DNA of 64,000 bases from Candidatus Woesearchaeota archaeon (GTDB lineage Archaea > Nanobdellota > Nanobdellia > Woesearchaeales > UBA9642): positions 52,387-116,386 of the forward strand of contig JAWANI010000001.1 in NCBI GenBank assembly GCA_038895475.1, written 5' to 3'. A program made the translations under genes and the position numbers. Shown here one piece after another: positions 40,148-51,225 of this stretch (the stretch's first letter is position 1; each line of letters begins with the position of its first letter). Below the pieces are notes generated by a model. The model did no database searches, had not been told where the DNA came from, and saw only the letters and a program-made list of their open reading frames with translations.

Positions 40148-40777
40148 ATGACTGAAAATGGTTTGAAAACCGGTACAACTACATTGGGTATAGTTTGCAG
40201 TGATGGCATAGTTTTAGCTGCAGACAAAAGAGCTACCGCTGGGAATTTTATCGCATCAAAAGATGTTGAAAAAGTAGTTCAAATAAATGATAATTTAGCA
40301 ATAACAACAGCAGGATCTGTAAGTGATATACAATTGTTTATTAAATTGTTACGTGCAGAATTAAAGCTAAAAAACATAAAAACAAACAGGGTAAGCACTG
40401 TGAAAGAAGCAGCAAATTTATCTGCAAGAATGGTTTATGAAAGTGCAAGGCAATATTTTCCAAGTATGGCACATTTCTTATTAGCAGGTTTTGATAATTC
40501 TGGAACACATTTATATGAAATATATCCTGATGGTTCTATGTCTGAGATAAAAGATTTTATCAGTTCAGGATCGGGCAGTCCAATGGTCTTCGGAATATTA
40601 GAGAACACTTACAAAAGCAGTATAACAGTAAAAGAAGCAGAAGATTTAGCCATTAAAGCAATATCTGCATCAATGCAAAGAGATACAGGTTCAGGAAATG
40701 GTATAGATGTAATGGTTATAACAAAAAACAATATAAGAAAAACAATCCAAAAAAAAGTTTCTGCAATAACAAATTAA
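40148..40777 (+). CDS. psmB: Proteasome subunit beta
   Basis: KTG/TTT propeptide junction, AADKRAT, SGSGS. Confidence 0.96.
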   Translation: MTENGLKTGTTTLGIVCSDGIVLAADKRATAGNFIASKDVEKVVQINDNLAITTAGSVSDIQLFIKLLRAELKLKNIKTNRVSTVKEAANLSARMVYESARQYFPSMAHFLLAGFDNSGTHLYEIYPDGSMSEIKDFISSGSGSPMVFGILENTYKSSITVKEAEDLAIKAISASMQRDTGSGNGIDVMVITKNNIRKTIQKKVSAITN

Positions 40778-40807
40778 GATATTCTAAAGAAAATAACGGA
40801 GTTTATA

Positions 40808-42709
40808 ATGACTAATGAAATAATAAAAGAGATTCTGCAATATATACCTGAAGGAAAAATATGTGATGTAAATTTTGAAGGTGCTAATATAGTTTTATAT
40901 ACAAAAAAGAAGGATTTTTTCTTAGACAATGGAGGAATAATAAAGCAAATAGTAGATACTATAAAGAAGAGGATAGAATTAAGACCTGATCCTAGTATTT
41001 GTATGGAACAAGAGAAAGCCGAAAAAACAATAAGGAAAATACTTCCTGAAGATGCGAAGATAAGCAACATTATTTTTGATCCACAAAGATCCATAGTTAT
41101 AATTGAGGCTGAAAAGCCAGGATTAGTTATAGGAAAAGATGGAGAATTATTACAGGAAATAAGAAAAAAAACTTTATGGGTTCCAACTATAAGGAGAACA
41201 CCGTCAATAAGAAGCCAATTAATAGAAAATATTAGAGAAGTATTATATCAAAACAATGATTATAGAAGAAAATTTTTACATAAGACTGGTGAAAGAATAT
41301 ATAATGGTTGGTTAAGAAGACAAAAAAAAGAAGAATGGATAAGATTAACATATCTTGGAAGTGCAAGGGAGGTAGGAAGATCATGCATATTATTACAAAC
41401 TCCCGAATCAAGAGTGTTGTTGGATTGCGGCATTAATGCAGGTGCAGATACCCCTGAAAACATGTATCCATATCTTGAAGCTCCAGAATTTAATATAAAC
41501 CAATTGGATGCAGTAATAGTAAGTCATGCACATTTAGATCATTCAGCATTGGTGCCTTATCTTTTTAAGTTTGGTTACAGGGGGCCTGTTTATTGTACTG
41601 CACCCACAAGAGATATGATGGCATTATTACAGTTGGATTTTATAAAGATACAGAGAGATGAAGGAAAAGATCCAATATATACTTCTGATGATGTTAGGGA
41701 AATGGTTAAACACACAATAACTTTAGAATATGATGAAGTTACAGATGTAACACCAGATGTTAGGATAACATTATATAATGCAGGGCATATATTAGGGAGC
41801 GCAATGGTTCATTTACATATTGGAAATGGTTTGCATAATCTGCTATATAGTGCAGATACAAAATTTGCTAAAACATCGCTATTAAGTCCTGCAGTTACAC
41901 AATTTCCAAGATTAGAAACATTAATGATTGAATCTACATATGGTGGCAAGGATAATGTTATGCCTCCCCCTTTTGAGGCAGATGAGTTATTGGGACAAAT
42001 GATAAGCGATACAATAAAAAGAAAAGGAAAAATATTAGTTCCAGTATTAGGTTCTGGAAGAGCACAAGAAGTAATAGTTTTATTAGAGCGATTAATAAGG
42101 GAAAAGAAAATTCCTGAAATACCAATATATGTTGATGGAATGGTATGGGATGTAACAGCAATACATACAGCATATCCTGAATATTTAAATAATGATGTTA
42201 GACAACAAATATTTAATAAGGACAATAATCCTTTTTTAATGCCTAACCTTAAAAGAGTTGGAAGTGCAAAAGAAAGACAGCAAGTAATCGAAGAAACAGG
42301 ATCTTGTGTAATATTAGCAACATCAGGAATGCTTGTAGGCGGTCCTTCAGTTCAATACTTTAAAGCTTTAGCAGATAATGAACGGAATGCATTAATATTT
42401 ACATCTTATCAGGCAGAAGGTTCTTTAGGTTCCAGAATACAAAGGGGGGAAAGAGAATTTATTTTTAGAAATGGTTCAAAAAATGAAATAATACATATGA
42501 AAATGGAGGTTGCTAAGCTTGAAATAACAGGACATAGTGATAGAAAAGAATTAATGAATTTTGTTTCAAGATGCAACCCAAGACCTAAGAGAATACTGAT
42601 AAATCATGGTGAAAATTCAAGATCTTTGAGTTTGGCATCAGGTATACACAGTCAGTACAGGATAGAAACAATCGCTCCAAGGAATTTAGATGCAATAAGA
42701 ATAAAATAA
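40808..42709 (+). CDS. fttA: aCPSF1 beta-CASP ribonuclease (transcription termination factor FttA)
   Basis: N-terminal KH domains (KPGLVIGK), SHAHLDH, NAGHILG, ESTYG, GHSD, HGE. Confidence 0.96.
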   Translation: MTNEIIKEILQYIPEGKICDVNFEGANIVLYTKKKDFFLDNGGIIKQIVDTIKKRIELRPDPSICMEQEKAEKTIRKILPEDAKISNIIFDPQRSIVIIEAEKPGLVIGKDGELLQEIRKKTLWVPTIRRTPSIRSQLIENIREVLYQNNDYRRKFLHKTGERIYNGWLRRQKKEEWIRLTYLGSAREVGRSCILLQTPESRVLLDCGINAGADTPENMYPYLEAPEFNINQLDAVIVSHAHLDHSALVPYLFKFGYRGPVYCTAPTRDMMALLQLDFIKIQRDEGKDPIYTSDDVREMVKHTITLEYDEVTDVTPDVRITLYNAGHILGSAMVHLHIGNGLHNLLYSADTKFAKTSLLSPAVTQFPRLETLMIESTYGGKDNVMPPPFEADELLGQMISDTIKRKGKILVPVLGSGRAQEVIVLLERLIREKKIPEIPIYVDGMVWDVTAIHTAYPEYLNNDVRQQIFNKDNNPFLMPNLKRVGSAKERQQVIEETGSCVILATSGMLVGGPSVQYFKALADNERNALIFTSYQAEGSLGSRIQRGEREFIFRNGSKNEIIHMKMEVAKLEITGHSDRKELMNFVSRCNPRPKRILINHGENSRSLSLASGIHSQYRIETIAPRNLDAIRIK

Positions 42710-42807
42710 ATTTTCTTTATATTTTTAAACGCCTTATTTTTATTATTTTTAGTTTTTAATTGTTTCTTAACACAATATTTAAATATCAGTTTTTTTAAGG
42801 TGTAAAT

Positions 42808-43344
42808 ATGTCAGTTAAAGAGGCATTTAGCGTTTTGGAAACAGGAGAACCTGTTCTTATTAGGTATAATGGTGTTTTTGATTTTGAAGGATTATATAGA
42901 ATGATTCATGCATGGTTGATAAATAAAAGGTTCGAATTTCATGAAAACAGATATAAGGATAAGGTTTTCAGTCCATTTGGCAATGAACTTGAGATAGAAT
43001 GGGTTGGTGAAAAAAAAGTCACTGAATTTGTGAAGGAATATATTACTGTTTATTTTCACTTATGGGATTTTTCGGAAGTAGATATAATAAAAGATGGCAA
43101 GAAACATAAAATGACCAAATCTAGAATGGAAATAAAATTAGATGCAAAACTTGAACTTGATTATAATCAAAAATTTGCAAAAGGAAATGCTTTTATAAAG
43201 AATTTGGGAAAATTTTATTTAAACAAAGTAATCTACTGGGAATGGCGTATAAAATATGCTGACGCATTAACGTACAATATGTATGATTTGCATCACAAAA
43301 TTAAAAAATATCTAGAACTTTATTCATCAACAAACGCATATTAA
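42808..43344 (+). CDS. Hypothetical protein, paralogue A
   Basis: Shares YxGVFxxxxLYRxIxxW with the next gene. Confidence 0.75.
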   Translation: MSVKEAFSVLETGEPVLIRYNGVFDFEGLYRMIHAWLINKRFEFHENRYKDKVFSPFGNELEIEWVGEKKVTEFVKEYITVYFHLWDFSEVDIIKDGKKHKMTKSRMEIKLDAKLELDYNQKFAKGNAFIKNLGKFYLNKVIYWEWRIKYADALTYNMYDLHHKIKKYLELYSSTNAY

Positions 43345-43402
43345 ATATAAAATTTAAGTATGTATATAAAAATTAATTATATATAAAATTTTGGCATAGA
43401 AA

Positions 43403-43903
43403 ATGGCAGAGATTAAAACTTTAATAGACGGAAAGAGTCTTTCATATGAAGGAGTGTTTAATTTAAAAGAATTATACAGATTAATAGATAAATGGTTTAA
43501 AGACCATGGTTATGATAAACAGGAAATAAAAAACTGGGAAGATGTTTCACAGAATGAAAAACAAATAATATTAGAAATAATACCTTACAAAAAGGTCTCA
43601 GATTATGCCAGACTGGATATAAGAATTTTCATGATATTCTCCAAAATCACAGAGGTAGAGATAGAAAAAGATGGCGTAAAATTTAAAATGAACAGGGGAA
43701 GGGCAGAATTTTATTTTGATGCATATGTTGTAACGGATTATGAACATAAATGGGAAACAAAACCAATATTTTATTTTATAAAAAATGTTTTTGATAAGTG
43801 GATATATAAGATATATACCAGCACATATGACACAGAGGTCATAAGGGACTGTACAGAGATAGAAAATGAAATAAGAAGTTATCTTAATATGAACAGGTTT
43901 TAA
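43403..43903 (+). CDS. Hypothetical protein, paralogue B
   Basis: YEGVFNLKELYRLIDKW, KKVSDY, IEKDG match the previous ORF. Confidence 0.75.
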   Translation: MAEIKTLIDGKSLSYEGVFNLKELYRLIDKWFKDHGYDKQEIKNWEDVSQNEKQIILEIIPYKKVSDYARLDIRIFMIFSKITEVEIEKDGVKFKMNRGRAEFYFDAYVVTDYEHKWETKPIFYFIKNVFDKWIYKIYTSTYDTEVIRDCTEIENEIRSYLNMNRF

Positions 43904-43932
43904 TTTTTAGATTATAAACTTTTTAGGTTATA

Positions 43933-44208
43933 TTATAAATGTTTATTTTTTGAAAAATAATTTTTTATATGTTCATGGTTTGCAAGTTTTTTCCAATATA
44001 GTCCGCAGCTGCAAATTCCTGGTATCATATCAAAGAATGAACTATTATTATTTACTTCATATTTTGCAAAAACAATATTATGCTCGTTATTTTTGCATTT
44101 ATTTTCAAAAACTAAATTATCTAATTCTTTTATTAAATTATAATTTAAATATCTGTCTGGCAAAGGTTTTTCTTTTCCTAAAAATATTATGTTCTCAATC
44201 ATTTTCAT
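43933..44208 (-). CDS. Hypothetical protein (possible metal-binding CxC)
   Basis: 91-aa ORF with C...H and CSCG. Confidence 0.4.
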   Translation of the reverse strand: MKMIENIIFLGKEKPLPDRYLNYNLIKELDNLVFENKCKNNEHNIVFAKYEVNNNSSFFDMIPGICSCGLYWKKLANHEHIKNYFSKNKHL

Positions 44209-44283
44209 TTAAAGTATGTTTTTTAATTTATTTTTTATATTTTACGCAATATTTAAAAAGCATATTTTTTTCTTTAATTTTAT

Positions 44284-44383
44284 GCCGACGTGGCACAACC
44301 TGGTACTGCGCAGGACTGGAAAAGAAAAAATTTAGACATCCTGTTTCCGAAAGGATATCCCGGTTCAAATCCGGGCGTCGGCG
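44284..44383 (+). tRNA. tRNA-Ser(GGA) with 16-nt intron (44322-44337)
   Basis: Acceptor GCCGACG/CGTCGGC, anticodon stem CAGGA/TCCTG, variable arm TCC-GAAA-GGA, BHB-like helix CTGG/TTAG. Confidence 0.92.
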
Positions 44384-44431
44384 TTTAATTTAAAATTTAA
44401 TTTTATGTTTTGTCACATCTTTTTTATTTTT

Positions 44432-45154
44432 TTAAAAGATTTCAAATTCTATTCCCAAATGGTCAGAAATTAATATTTTAGCAGGAACTATGTTCTTTAT
44501 TTTTATATTTTTGCTTAAGAATATATTGTCTAAAAATTTTTTAGGATTCCAGGAAGGAAACGTTTTGTAAAATGAGATTCTTCTACAATTTTCATTAATC
44601 AGTATTTCTAATTCATCTTCAGATGATATATTAAAATCCCCTAAAAGTATTTTATCACCTTCAATATTATTATATATTTTTTTTATTTCATGAAGTTGTT
44701 TGGTGCGTGTTTTTTTGTTCATAGACAAATGTGTTATTAAGAAAATAATATTTTTTTTATTGTTATATTCAATAATTGCTTCAGATAAAAATCTTGGTTC
44801 TCCCTTTCCTTCAAGTTTATGGTTTTCTGTTTTTAATATTGTTTTTTTTGACAATATTGCATTACCCTGATTGTTTATATTATAAAAGTTAAATGTTTTG
44901 AAAAAGTAATAATTTTTGATAAGACTTTTGTTTGACAGCAGTTTTAATTGATTATTCCATAATGTTCTAAAACTTCCGGCATCTATTTCTGTTAATATAG
45001 CAATATCGATGTTGTTGTTTTTAATATAATCTCCAAGTTTTATAATTGGTTTGTTTGAATGAGGTAAAAAATATTTCCAGAAAATAAAAGGTATCTGATA
45101 ATAGCCTTTAGAATTATTTATTCCTGATTGAACATTTTGTAATAATATTTTCAT
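44432..45154 (-). CDS. Endonuclease/exonuclease/phosphatase (EEP) family protein
   Basis: QN, LTEID, GNAILS, THL, GDFN, TFPS, LDNI, SDH. Confidence 0.9.
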   Translation of the reverse strand: MKILLQNVQSGINNSKGYYQIPFIFWKYFLPHSNKPIIKLGDYIKNNNIDIAILTEIDAGSFRTLWNNQLKLLSNKSLIKNYYFFKTFNFYNINNQGNAILSKKTILKTENHKLEGKGEPRFLSEAIIEYNNKKNIIFLITHLSMNKKTRTKQLHEIKKIYNNIEGDKILLGDFNISSEDELEILINENCRRISFYKTFPSWNPKKFLDNIFLSKNIKIKNIVPAKILISDHLGIEFEIF

Positions 45155-45187
45155 TTTTAATATTTTATTATATTTTTAATATTATTT

Positions 45188-45925
45188 TTATTGTTTTAAT
45201 ACTATTTCTGAAATTATCGGAAGATGATCCGATATTTTTAAGTCAGTTATAACCTCAGTATTTATAATTTCAAAATAATCGTTAACAAATATATAGTCTA
45301 TTGTTCTTTTAGGTTTCCAGCTTGGAAATGTTTTATGTGTTTGAATTCTTTTTAGGTTAAGGGATTCAATCATATTTAGCTCTTTTTCATTGTCAGTATT
45401 AAAATCTCCTATAAGTATTATGGGTCCTTTTGTTTTTTTTATAATGTCTGATATCTGCATTAACTCATATCTTCTTGAAATTTTTCCAAGAGCCAATTGC
45501 GTTATAAAAACATTAACTAACATATCATTTACATTAATTATAGCATGGCTCAAACGCCTGTTTTCCCCTTTTGTGATTAGTTTGTAATTATATGTTTCAA
45601 GGACAGGAAATCTAGTTATGATGCCATTCCCTTGATTTGATAAATTTAATAAATGTCTTACCGGGAAAAAATGCCATTTCTTTAACATAGTCATGTTAGA
45701 AAGTTTTTTTAAATAATTTATATTCATTGTCCTAAAACTGCCGCCATCAATCTCTACAAAAGCACAAATATCTGCATTCCAATGATTGATTATTTTAGAA
45801 ATTTTTTTTAAAACAAAAATATCGTGAGGAATAATATATTTCCATAATGATGTTACATATTGCCAGTAACCTTTATTTATTGATGCACCATATTCAATGT
45901 TCAAATAAAAAATTTTTAATTTCAT
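45188..45925 (-). CDS. EEP family protein (tandem paralogue)
   Basis: FVEID, GNGII, GDFN, TFPS, IDYI, SDHLP; THL is TQL here. Confidence 0.9.
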   Translation of the reverse strand: MKLKIFYLNIEYGASINKGYWQYVTSLWKYIIPHDIFVLKKISKIINHWNADICAFVEIDGGSFRTMNINYLKKLSNMTMLKKWHFFPVRHLLNLSNQGNGIITRFPVLETYNYKLITKGENRRLSHAIINVNDMLVNVFITQLALGKISRRYELMQISDIIKKTKGPIILIGDFNTDNEKELNMIESLNLKRIQTHKTFPSWKPKRTIDYIFVNDYFEIINTEVITDLKISDHLPIISEIVLKQ

Positions 45926-45972
45926 ATTTTAAAAAAGTAGAAATAGTATTAATAAATATTATGGTTTAGTAT

Positions 45973-46284
45973 TTATTCATCAATCATTTCGATTTCTATA
46001 TTTAATCCTTCTGGAATCGGTACTTTCATTACCAATCTTAATGCTCTCTCATCTATTCCTAAATCAATAAGTCTCTTATGCACTCTCATTTCATATCTGT
46101 CCCATGTTGCTGTTCCATTACCGCAAGGACCTTTTCTGGTTGTTACCTTTAATTTTTTAGTAGGCAAAGGTATAGGTCCCTTCATTACAACCCCTGTCTT
46201 TTCTGCAACGTCTTTAATGTATGCACAAGTCTGATTTATCTTGTTTATGTCTGTGCTTGCTAGTTTTATTCTTGCTTTCTGCAT
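45973..46284 (-). CDS. rps10: 30S ribosomal protein S10
   Basis: [21 protein letters not shown]. Confidence 0.98.
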   Translation of the reverse strand: MQKARIKLASTDINKINQTCAYIKDVAEKTGVVMKGPIPLPTKKLKVTTRKGPCGNGTATWDRYEMRVHKRLIDLGIDERALRLVMKVPIPEGLNIEIEMIDE

Positions 46285-46294
46285 TTTTACACCA

Positions 46295-46317
46295 ATGATG
46301 AATTGTTAGTTCATCAT
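46295..46317 (-). promoter_or_regulatory. Perfect 8-bp hairpin immediately upstream of the rps10 SD
   Basis: ATGATGAA-N7-TTCATCAT. Confidence 0.4.
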
Positions 46318-46356
46318 ATATATAAATTAAAAAATATTAAAATGTTTAAAAAAATT

Positions 46357-47667
46357 TTACATCGGTTTTTTCACAACATCAATACACATTCCTGCTGCCA
46401 CAGTTGCTCCAGAATCCCTTATAGCGAATCTTGATAATTGAGGTATTGTTTTTTGTGTTTCTATAACCAATGGATGTGTCGGTTTAAACTTTACTATTGC
46501 TGCATCACCATTTTTTATGAAATCTGGATGCTCTTGTAGCACTTCGCCTGTCATAGGATTTAATTTCTTTACAATTTCAGTTACCTGACAAGCAACTTGT
46601 GCTGTATGGATATGGAATACTGGTGTATAACCTACAGTGATTACTGATGGATGATTTAGTACGACTATCTGTGCAGTAAACTCTGTAGCAACTGTTGGTA
46701 CATTGTCTGGATGACCAATTACATCTCCTCTTGCAACATCTTTTTTTCCGAAACCTCTTATTGACATTCCAACATTGTCTCCAGGTACAGCTTCTTTTAA
46801 TTGCTCATGATGCATTTCTATGCTTTTAACTTCTCCAGGAACACCTTTTCCTTCTCTTCCCGGTACTGCAATTACTTTATCGTTTACCTTTAATATTCCT
46901 GTTTCTACTCTTCCTACAGGAACTACTCCTATACCTGTAATATTGTATACATCTTGAATAGGTAATCTTAATGGTAGTTCTGTTGGTTTTTGAGGCACTT
47001 TCAAGTTATTTATTGCTTCAAGCAATGTTGGTCCATTATACCATGGCATTTTGTCTGATTTCTTTACAACATTATCCCCTTGTAATGATGCTATTGCAAC
47101 AAATTGTACATCATCAACCTTCCATCCTGAAGATTTTAATAATGCGGTAATTACTTTCTTGACACCTTCAAATCTTTCCTGTGAATAATTCTGCATATCC
47201 ATTTTATTTACTGCTACAATTAATTGTTGTACGCCTAAAATTTTTGTAAGTCTGCAATGTTCAACTGTTTGTGGTGGTAATTCATTTATGGTTTCTGTTC
47301 CTTTTATTTCATTAGCACCGCACACAAGTACTGCTGCATCTGCTTGTGATGCTCCAGTAATCATGTTCTTTACAAAATCCTTGTGACCGGGTGCATCTAT
47401 AATTGTAAAATAATATTTATCCGTTTCAAATTTTTTGTGTGCTAAGTCTATTGTTACTCCTCTTTCTTGTTCTTCTTTAAGGTTATCCATAACAAATGCA
47501 AATTCGAATCCGCCTTTACCTAATGATTCAGCTTTTTCCTTTAATTTTCTCATTGTTTGTTCATCAACATTTCCAGAATCATATAAAAGTCTCCCTACAG
47601 TTGTTGATTTTCCATGATCTACATGTCCTACAAATACAAGATTTATGTGCTCTTTTTCTTTTGCCAT
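46357..47667 (-). CDS. tuf: Translation elongation factor EF-1alpha
   Basis: [31 protein letters not shown]. Confidence 0.99.
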   Translation of the reverse strand: MAKEKEHINLVFVGHVDHGKSTTVGRLLYDSGNVDEQTMRKLKEKAESLGKGGFEFAFVMDNLKEEQERGVTIDLAHKKFETDKYYFTIIDAPGHKDFVKNMITGASQADAAVLVCGANEIKGTETINELPPQTVEHCRLTKILGVQQLIVAVNKMDMQNYSQERFEGVKKVITALLKSSGWKVDDVQFVAIASLQGDNVVKKSDKMPWYNGPTLLEAINNLKVPQKPTELPLRLPIQDVYNITGIGVVPVGRVETGILKVNDKVIAVPGREGKGVPGEVKSIEMHHEQLKEAVPGDNVGMSIRGFGKKDVARGDVIGHPDNVPTVATEFTAQIVVLNHPSVITVGYTPVFHIHTAQVACQVTEIVKKLNPMTGEVLQEHPDFIKNGDAAIVKFKPTHPLVIETQKTIPQLSRFAIRDSGATVAAGMCIDVVKKPM

Positions 47668-47868
47668 TTTATGACCTCCGAATAATTCTTAAATATGATA
47701 CAACGCCCTAAAATAGAGGTTGTTGTAAATCAAAAGGAATTTTAGACTATTTATAAAGATTTTGTTTTAATATACGATAAATTATCTATTTTATAATTAA
47801 AAATCCTAGGGCGTATATGATGGATATCTTATATGATATTGTATGTGTTATTTTTAAGAAATTAAAAA

Positions 47869-48078
47869 TTATTTAAGTAGGTAGTATGCACTTATTATTG
47901 TTCCAATTGTTATTGCTTTTTTTCCTAAACTATACATATACGGCGAAATTTTTAATTCAAAATAATTTCTATTTTTTGAATTTTCATATATTATTTTTGC
48001 TGCATCATCTAAGTTAGGCCATATAGTTCTTCTTATTTTTTCTTCGAGTTCCCATGTAGTTTTCAATTTTACCGACAT
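47869..48078 (-). CDS. Small hypothetical protein between EF-2 and EF-1alpha
   Basis: 69-aa ORF with hydrophobic C-terminus. Confidence 0.4.
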   Translation of the reverse strand: MSVKLKTTWELEEKIRRTIWPNLDDAAKIIYENSKNRNYFELKISPYMYSLGKKAITIGTIISAYYLLK

Positions 48079-48117
48079 TTTATTTTTTTTATGAAAGAAT
48101 TTAAAAAATAAATATTT

Positions 48118-50298
48118 TTATTCAGATTGCTCTTCCTCTGTTCCCTTTAAACCTTTTCTATTTCTTATCTGTGCAATTATTTTGCCTTGTAATTCTTCAG
48201 GTAGCTTTTCAAAATTTTGGTCAAGGACAAAAAAGTTTCCCCTGCCTTCTGTAGCCGACCTTAAATCTGATGATAACCCAAACATTTCTCCAACAGGTAG
48301 TTTTCCCTTAACACTTATTTGACTTCCTTCCTGTTGCATGTCAAGCAATTGTCCTCTCTTTGAAGAAATAAGCTTAGATATCTCTCCCATAAATTCAACA
48401 GGGGCATCAAATTGCAATACTTGCACGGGCTCAAAAATTAATGGGCTAGCATTCATCATTGCTCCTCTTATACCTTCTCTTACTGCAGGATATACTTGTG
48501 CAGGTCCTCTGTGTATTGCATCTTCATGAAGTTTAACATCTTCAAGAGTTACCTTAACACCAATACATGGTTCTTTAGCAAGGGGTCCTTTCATCATTAC
48601 GTCTTCAAACATGTCAGCAACCATTTCTATAACTTCACCTATATGAACAATACCTCTTGTTCCATCCATTAAAATATTTCCATTGAAAACATCTCTAACT
48701 TTTCTTGAGTCTTTACTATCCATTCCCGCTTCTTCTAAAGATTTCCATAAATCTTGCTGATTTTTTTTAACTCTTCCAGAAGGAATCTTTCCTGCTTTTA
48801 TTGCTGCTTTTATATCTTCAGATAATGGTTCTACTGTAAAATAAAATTTGTTATGTTTATTAGGTGATTTACCCTCAAATGGTTCAGGGTTTTTCTTTGT
48901 AACAGTTTCCCTGTAAACAACTATTGGAGGACTTGATTGAATGTCAACACCTTTCTCTGTTTTAATTCTGTTTTCAATAATTTCTAGGTGTAATTCCCCC
49001 ATTCCTGAAAGTAAGTGTTCTCCTGTTTCTTGATTTATTTCAATCTTTATGCTTGGATCTTCTTTAGATACTTGTATTAACACATCTACAAGTTTTGGTA
49101 AATCGCTAGGTTTTTTTGCTTCAATGGCTTTAGTCATTACTGGTTCAAAAATATGTGTTATCTGTTCAAATGGTTCCATTTCTCCAATACTTACAGTTTC
49201 TCCTGGGTATGCACCTTTTAATCCACCAACACCTATTATGTTTCCGGCGGGAATATTATCAACAATTTCTCTTTTCGGACCATTATAAATATACAATTGT
49301 TGAACTCTAACATCTGTTTTAGCCCTATTTAATCTTACTATATCCCCTTTTCTCATTGTACCACTAAATACTCTTCCTGCACATATTTCTCCAGCTTGTG
49401 GATCAATGACAATTTTTGTAATTACAAATACGGGTGTTCCTTTAGGATCAGCATGTAATAGCTGTTGTCCTAGCGGACTGTCTAAATCACCATGCCATAT
49501 TTTAGGTATCCTATATTCTTGAGCCTTAACGGGACTAGGATGATGTTTAATAACAGCATCTAGAATAACTTCATGCAATGGTGCTTTATGTTTTAATTCT
49601 TTCCAATTATCATTTTCATATGCATCAATTATGTTCTTAAAGCTTATACCTTTTTTCTTCATATATGGGACTGATAATGCCCAATTGTGAAATGCACTTC
49701 CAAAACAAACAGATCCATCAAGAACATTAACCTGCCATTTTGGACCCATATCTGGACTTATTTCAACTATTAATTTATTGACATGATTTATTATTTTCAT
49801 AAATCTTTCCTGCATTGCTTCAGGTGTTAATTTTACTTCTTTAATTAATCTGTCAACTTTGTTTATGAATAATATTGGTTTTACTCTTTCCCTTAATGCT
49901 TGTTTTAATACTGTTTCTGTTTGTGGCATTATCCCTTCGACAGCACAGCATAATGTTATTGCTCCATCTACTGCCCTCATTGCCCTAGTAACATCACCAC
50001 CAAAATCTACATGTCCAGGCGTATCTATAAGATTTATTAAATATTCTTCACCATCAATTGTGTGTACCATGGATACATTTGCAGCATCAATAGTTATTCC
50101 TCTAGCCATTTCATCTTCATGAAAATCCAATACGCAAGCCTTGCCTGCTAATTCTTCAGACATCATTCCAGCTCCCCATAATAAATTGTCTGAAAATGTT
50201 GTTTTCCCATGATCAATATGTGCACATGTAGCAATATTTCTAATATTTTCTGGCTTTTGCATAATTCTAATAACCCTATCAACCATTTTTTCTCCCAT
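48118..50298 (-). CDS. fusA: Translation elongation factor EF-2
   Basis: AHIDHGKTT, RGITI, DTPGHVDF, NKVD, diphthamide loop LHEDAIHRGPAQ; start likely 50298 or 50286 rather than 50376. Confidence 0.98.
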   Translation of the reverse strand: MGEKMVDRVIRIMQKPENIRNIATCAHIDHGKTTFSDNLLWGAGMMSEELAGKACVLDFHEDEMARGITIDAANVSMVHTIDGEEYLINLIDTPGHVDFGGDVTRAMRAVDGAITLCCAVEGIMPQTETVLKQALRERVKPILFINKVDRLIKEVKLTPEAMQERFMKIINHVNKLIVEISPDMGPKWQVNVLDGSVCFGSAFHNWALSVPYMKKKGISFKNIIDAYENDNWKELKHKAPLHEVILDAVIKHHPSPVKAQEYRIPKIWHGDLDSPLGQQLLHADPKGTPVFVITKIVIDPQAGEICAGRVFSGTMRKGDIVRLNRAKTDVRVQQLYIYNGPKREIVDNIPAGNIIGVGGLKGAYPGETVSIGEMEPFEQITHIFEPVMTKAIEAKKPSDLPKLVDVLIQVSKEDPSIKIEINQETGEHLLSGMGELHLEIIENRIKTEKGVDIQSSPPIVVYRETVTKKNPEPFEGKSPNKHNKFYFTVEPLSEDIKAAIKAGKIPSGRVKKNQQDLWKSLEEAGMDSKDSRKVRDVFNGNILMDGTRGIVHIGEVIEMVADMFEDVMMKGPLAKEPCIGVKVTLEDVKLHEDAIHRGPAQVYPAVREGIRGAMMNASPLIFEPVQVLQFDAPVEFMGEISKLISSKRGQLLDMQQEGSQISVKGKLPVGEMFGLSSDLRSATEGRGNFFVLDQNFEKLPEELQGKIIAQIRNRKGLKGTEEEQSE

Positions 50299-50446
50299 AA
50301 AATTTTTGAGAAAAAGTTTAATCAAAAAAATGCTTTCAGCATAATTGACTAACTTTTTCACAACCTCCGTTTTCAATGATATTTATGTATTTTTTTGGTA
50401 ATCGAATATTTTTAATTAAATTTAATGTAGTGTTCTTTTTAGTTAA

Positions 50447-50968
50447 TTAAAATACGTGAATTTCGTGAACGGTTTTATATGAATGTAGTTCTTCTGGTTT
50501 AAACCATAATGCCACTTCATATTTTGCATCTTTTATATTTCCTGAAGCATGTATTAAGTTTTTTATTGCAGTATTTTTTTTATCTGTATATGCATATGAA
50601 TGATGTGCAAAATCTCCTCTGATTGTTCCAGGTAATGCGGATTTTGGTTCTGTACTGCCTACTATTTTCCTAACATTTTCAACAGCATTGATTCCTTCTA
50701 TACATAGTGCTAATACAGGTCCTTGTGTCATAAAATTTAATAACATTTTGAGAACTTTTTCTCCTCTTCTTTCTGCTATGTCAAAATAGTGTTTTTTTCC
50801 AAATGTTTCATCAATCCACACCATTTTTGCACCAACTATTTTAAAACCTGCATCTTCAAATCTTTGTATTATTCTACCTATTAATCCTCTCTGGATTGCA
50901 TCAGGTTTTAATAATACTAAAGTTCTTTCTATATGTTCATCAAAATCTTGTTCTTTGCTTTTTTTCAT
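50447..50968 (-). CDS. ndk: Nucleoside diphosphate kinase
   Basis: ERTLVLLKPD, PGTIRGDF, NLIHAS. Confidence 0.96.
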   Translation of the reverse strand: MKKSKEQDFDEHIERTLVLLKPDAIQRGLIGRIIQRFEDAGFKIVGAKMVWIDETFGKKHYFDIAERRGEKVLKMLLNFMTQGPVLALCIEGINAVENVRKIVGSTEPKSALPGTIRGDFAHHSYAYTDKKNTAIKNLIHASGNIKDAKYEVALWFKPEELHSYKTVHEIHVF

Positions 50969-51050
50969 ATTAAATCAGCCTTCCTGGTTGTTGTTTTCAA
51001 AGCAAAAGCTTTTTTTATGAATAGGTTTGTATTATTATTTTTTATTATTA

Positions 51051-51218
51051 TTAGTTTTCTTTGCCTTTTGTCCATTTTTGTTCTCTAGGTGTTCTGTTTA
51101 ATTTTAATAAATTTTTTTCGCATTTGCTAGAACAAAAGTAAAGTATTTGACCAGATACTTTTACATACATTGTTCCTGTACCTTTTGGTATTTCTTTGTT
51201 ACAAAATGAACATTTCAT
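51051..51218 (-). CDS. rpl24e: 50S ribosomal protein L24e (55 aa, not in ORF track)
   Basis: [36 protein letters not shown]...KWT; position between S28e and ndk. Confidence 0.95.
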   Translation of the reverse strand: MKCSFCNKEIPKGTGTMYVKVSGQILYFCSSKCEKNLLKLNRTPREQKWTKGKEN

Positions 51219-51225
51219 TTTACCC

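Noticed and set aside
43950..44393. 147-aa plus-strand ORF
   Set aside because: Runs through tRNA-Ser(GGA) and low-complexity AT-rich DNA; no protein-like features
46295..46317. Box C/D sRNA (ATGATGA box C)
   Set aside because: No appropriately placed CTGA box D; the motif is one arm of a simple hairpin
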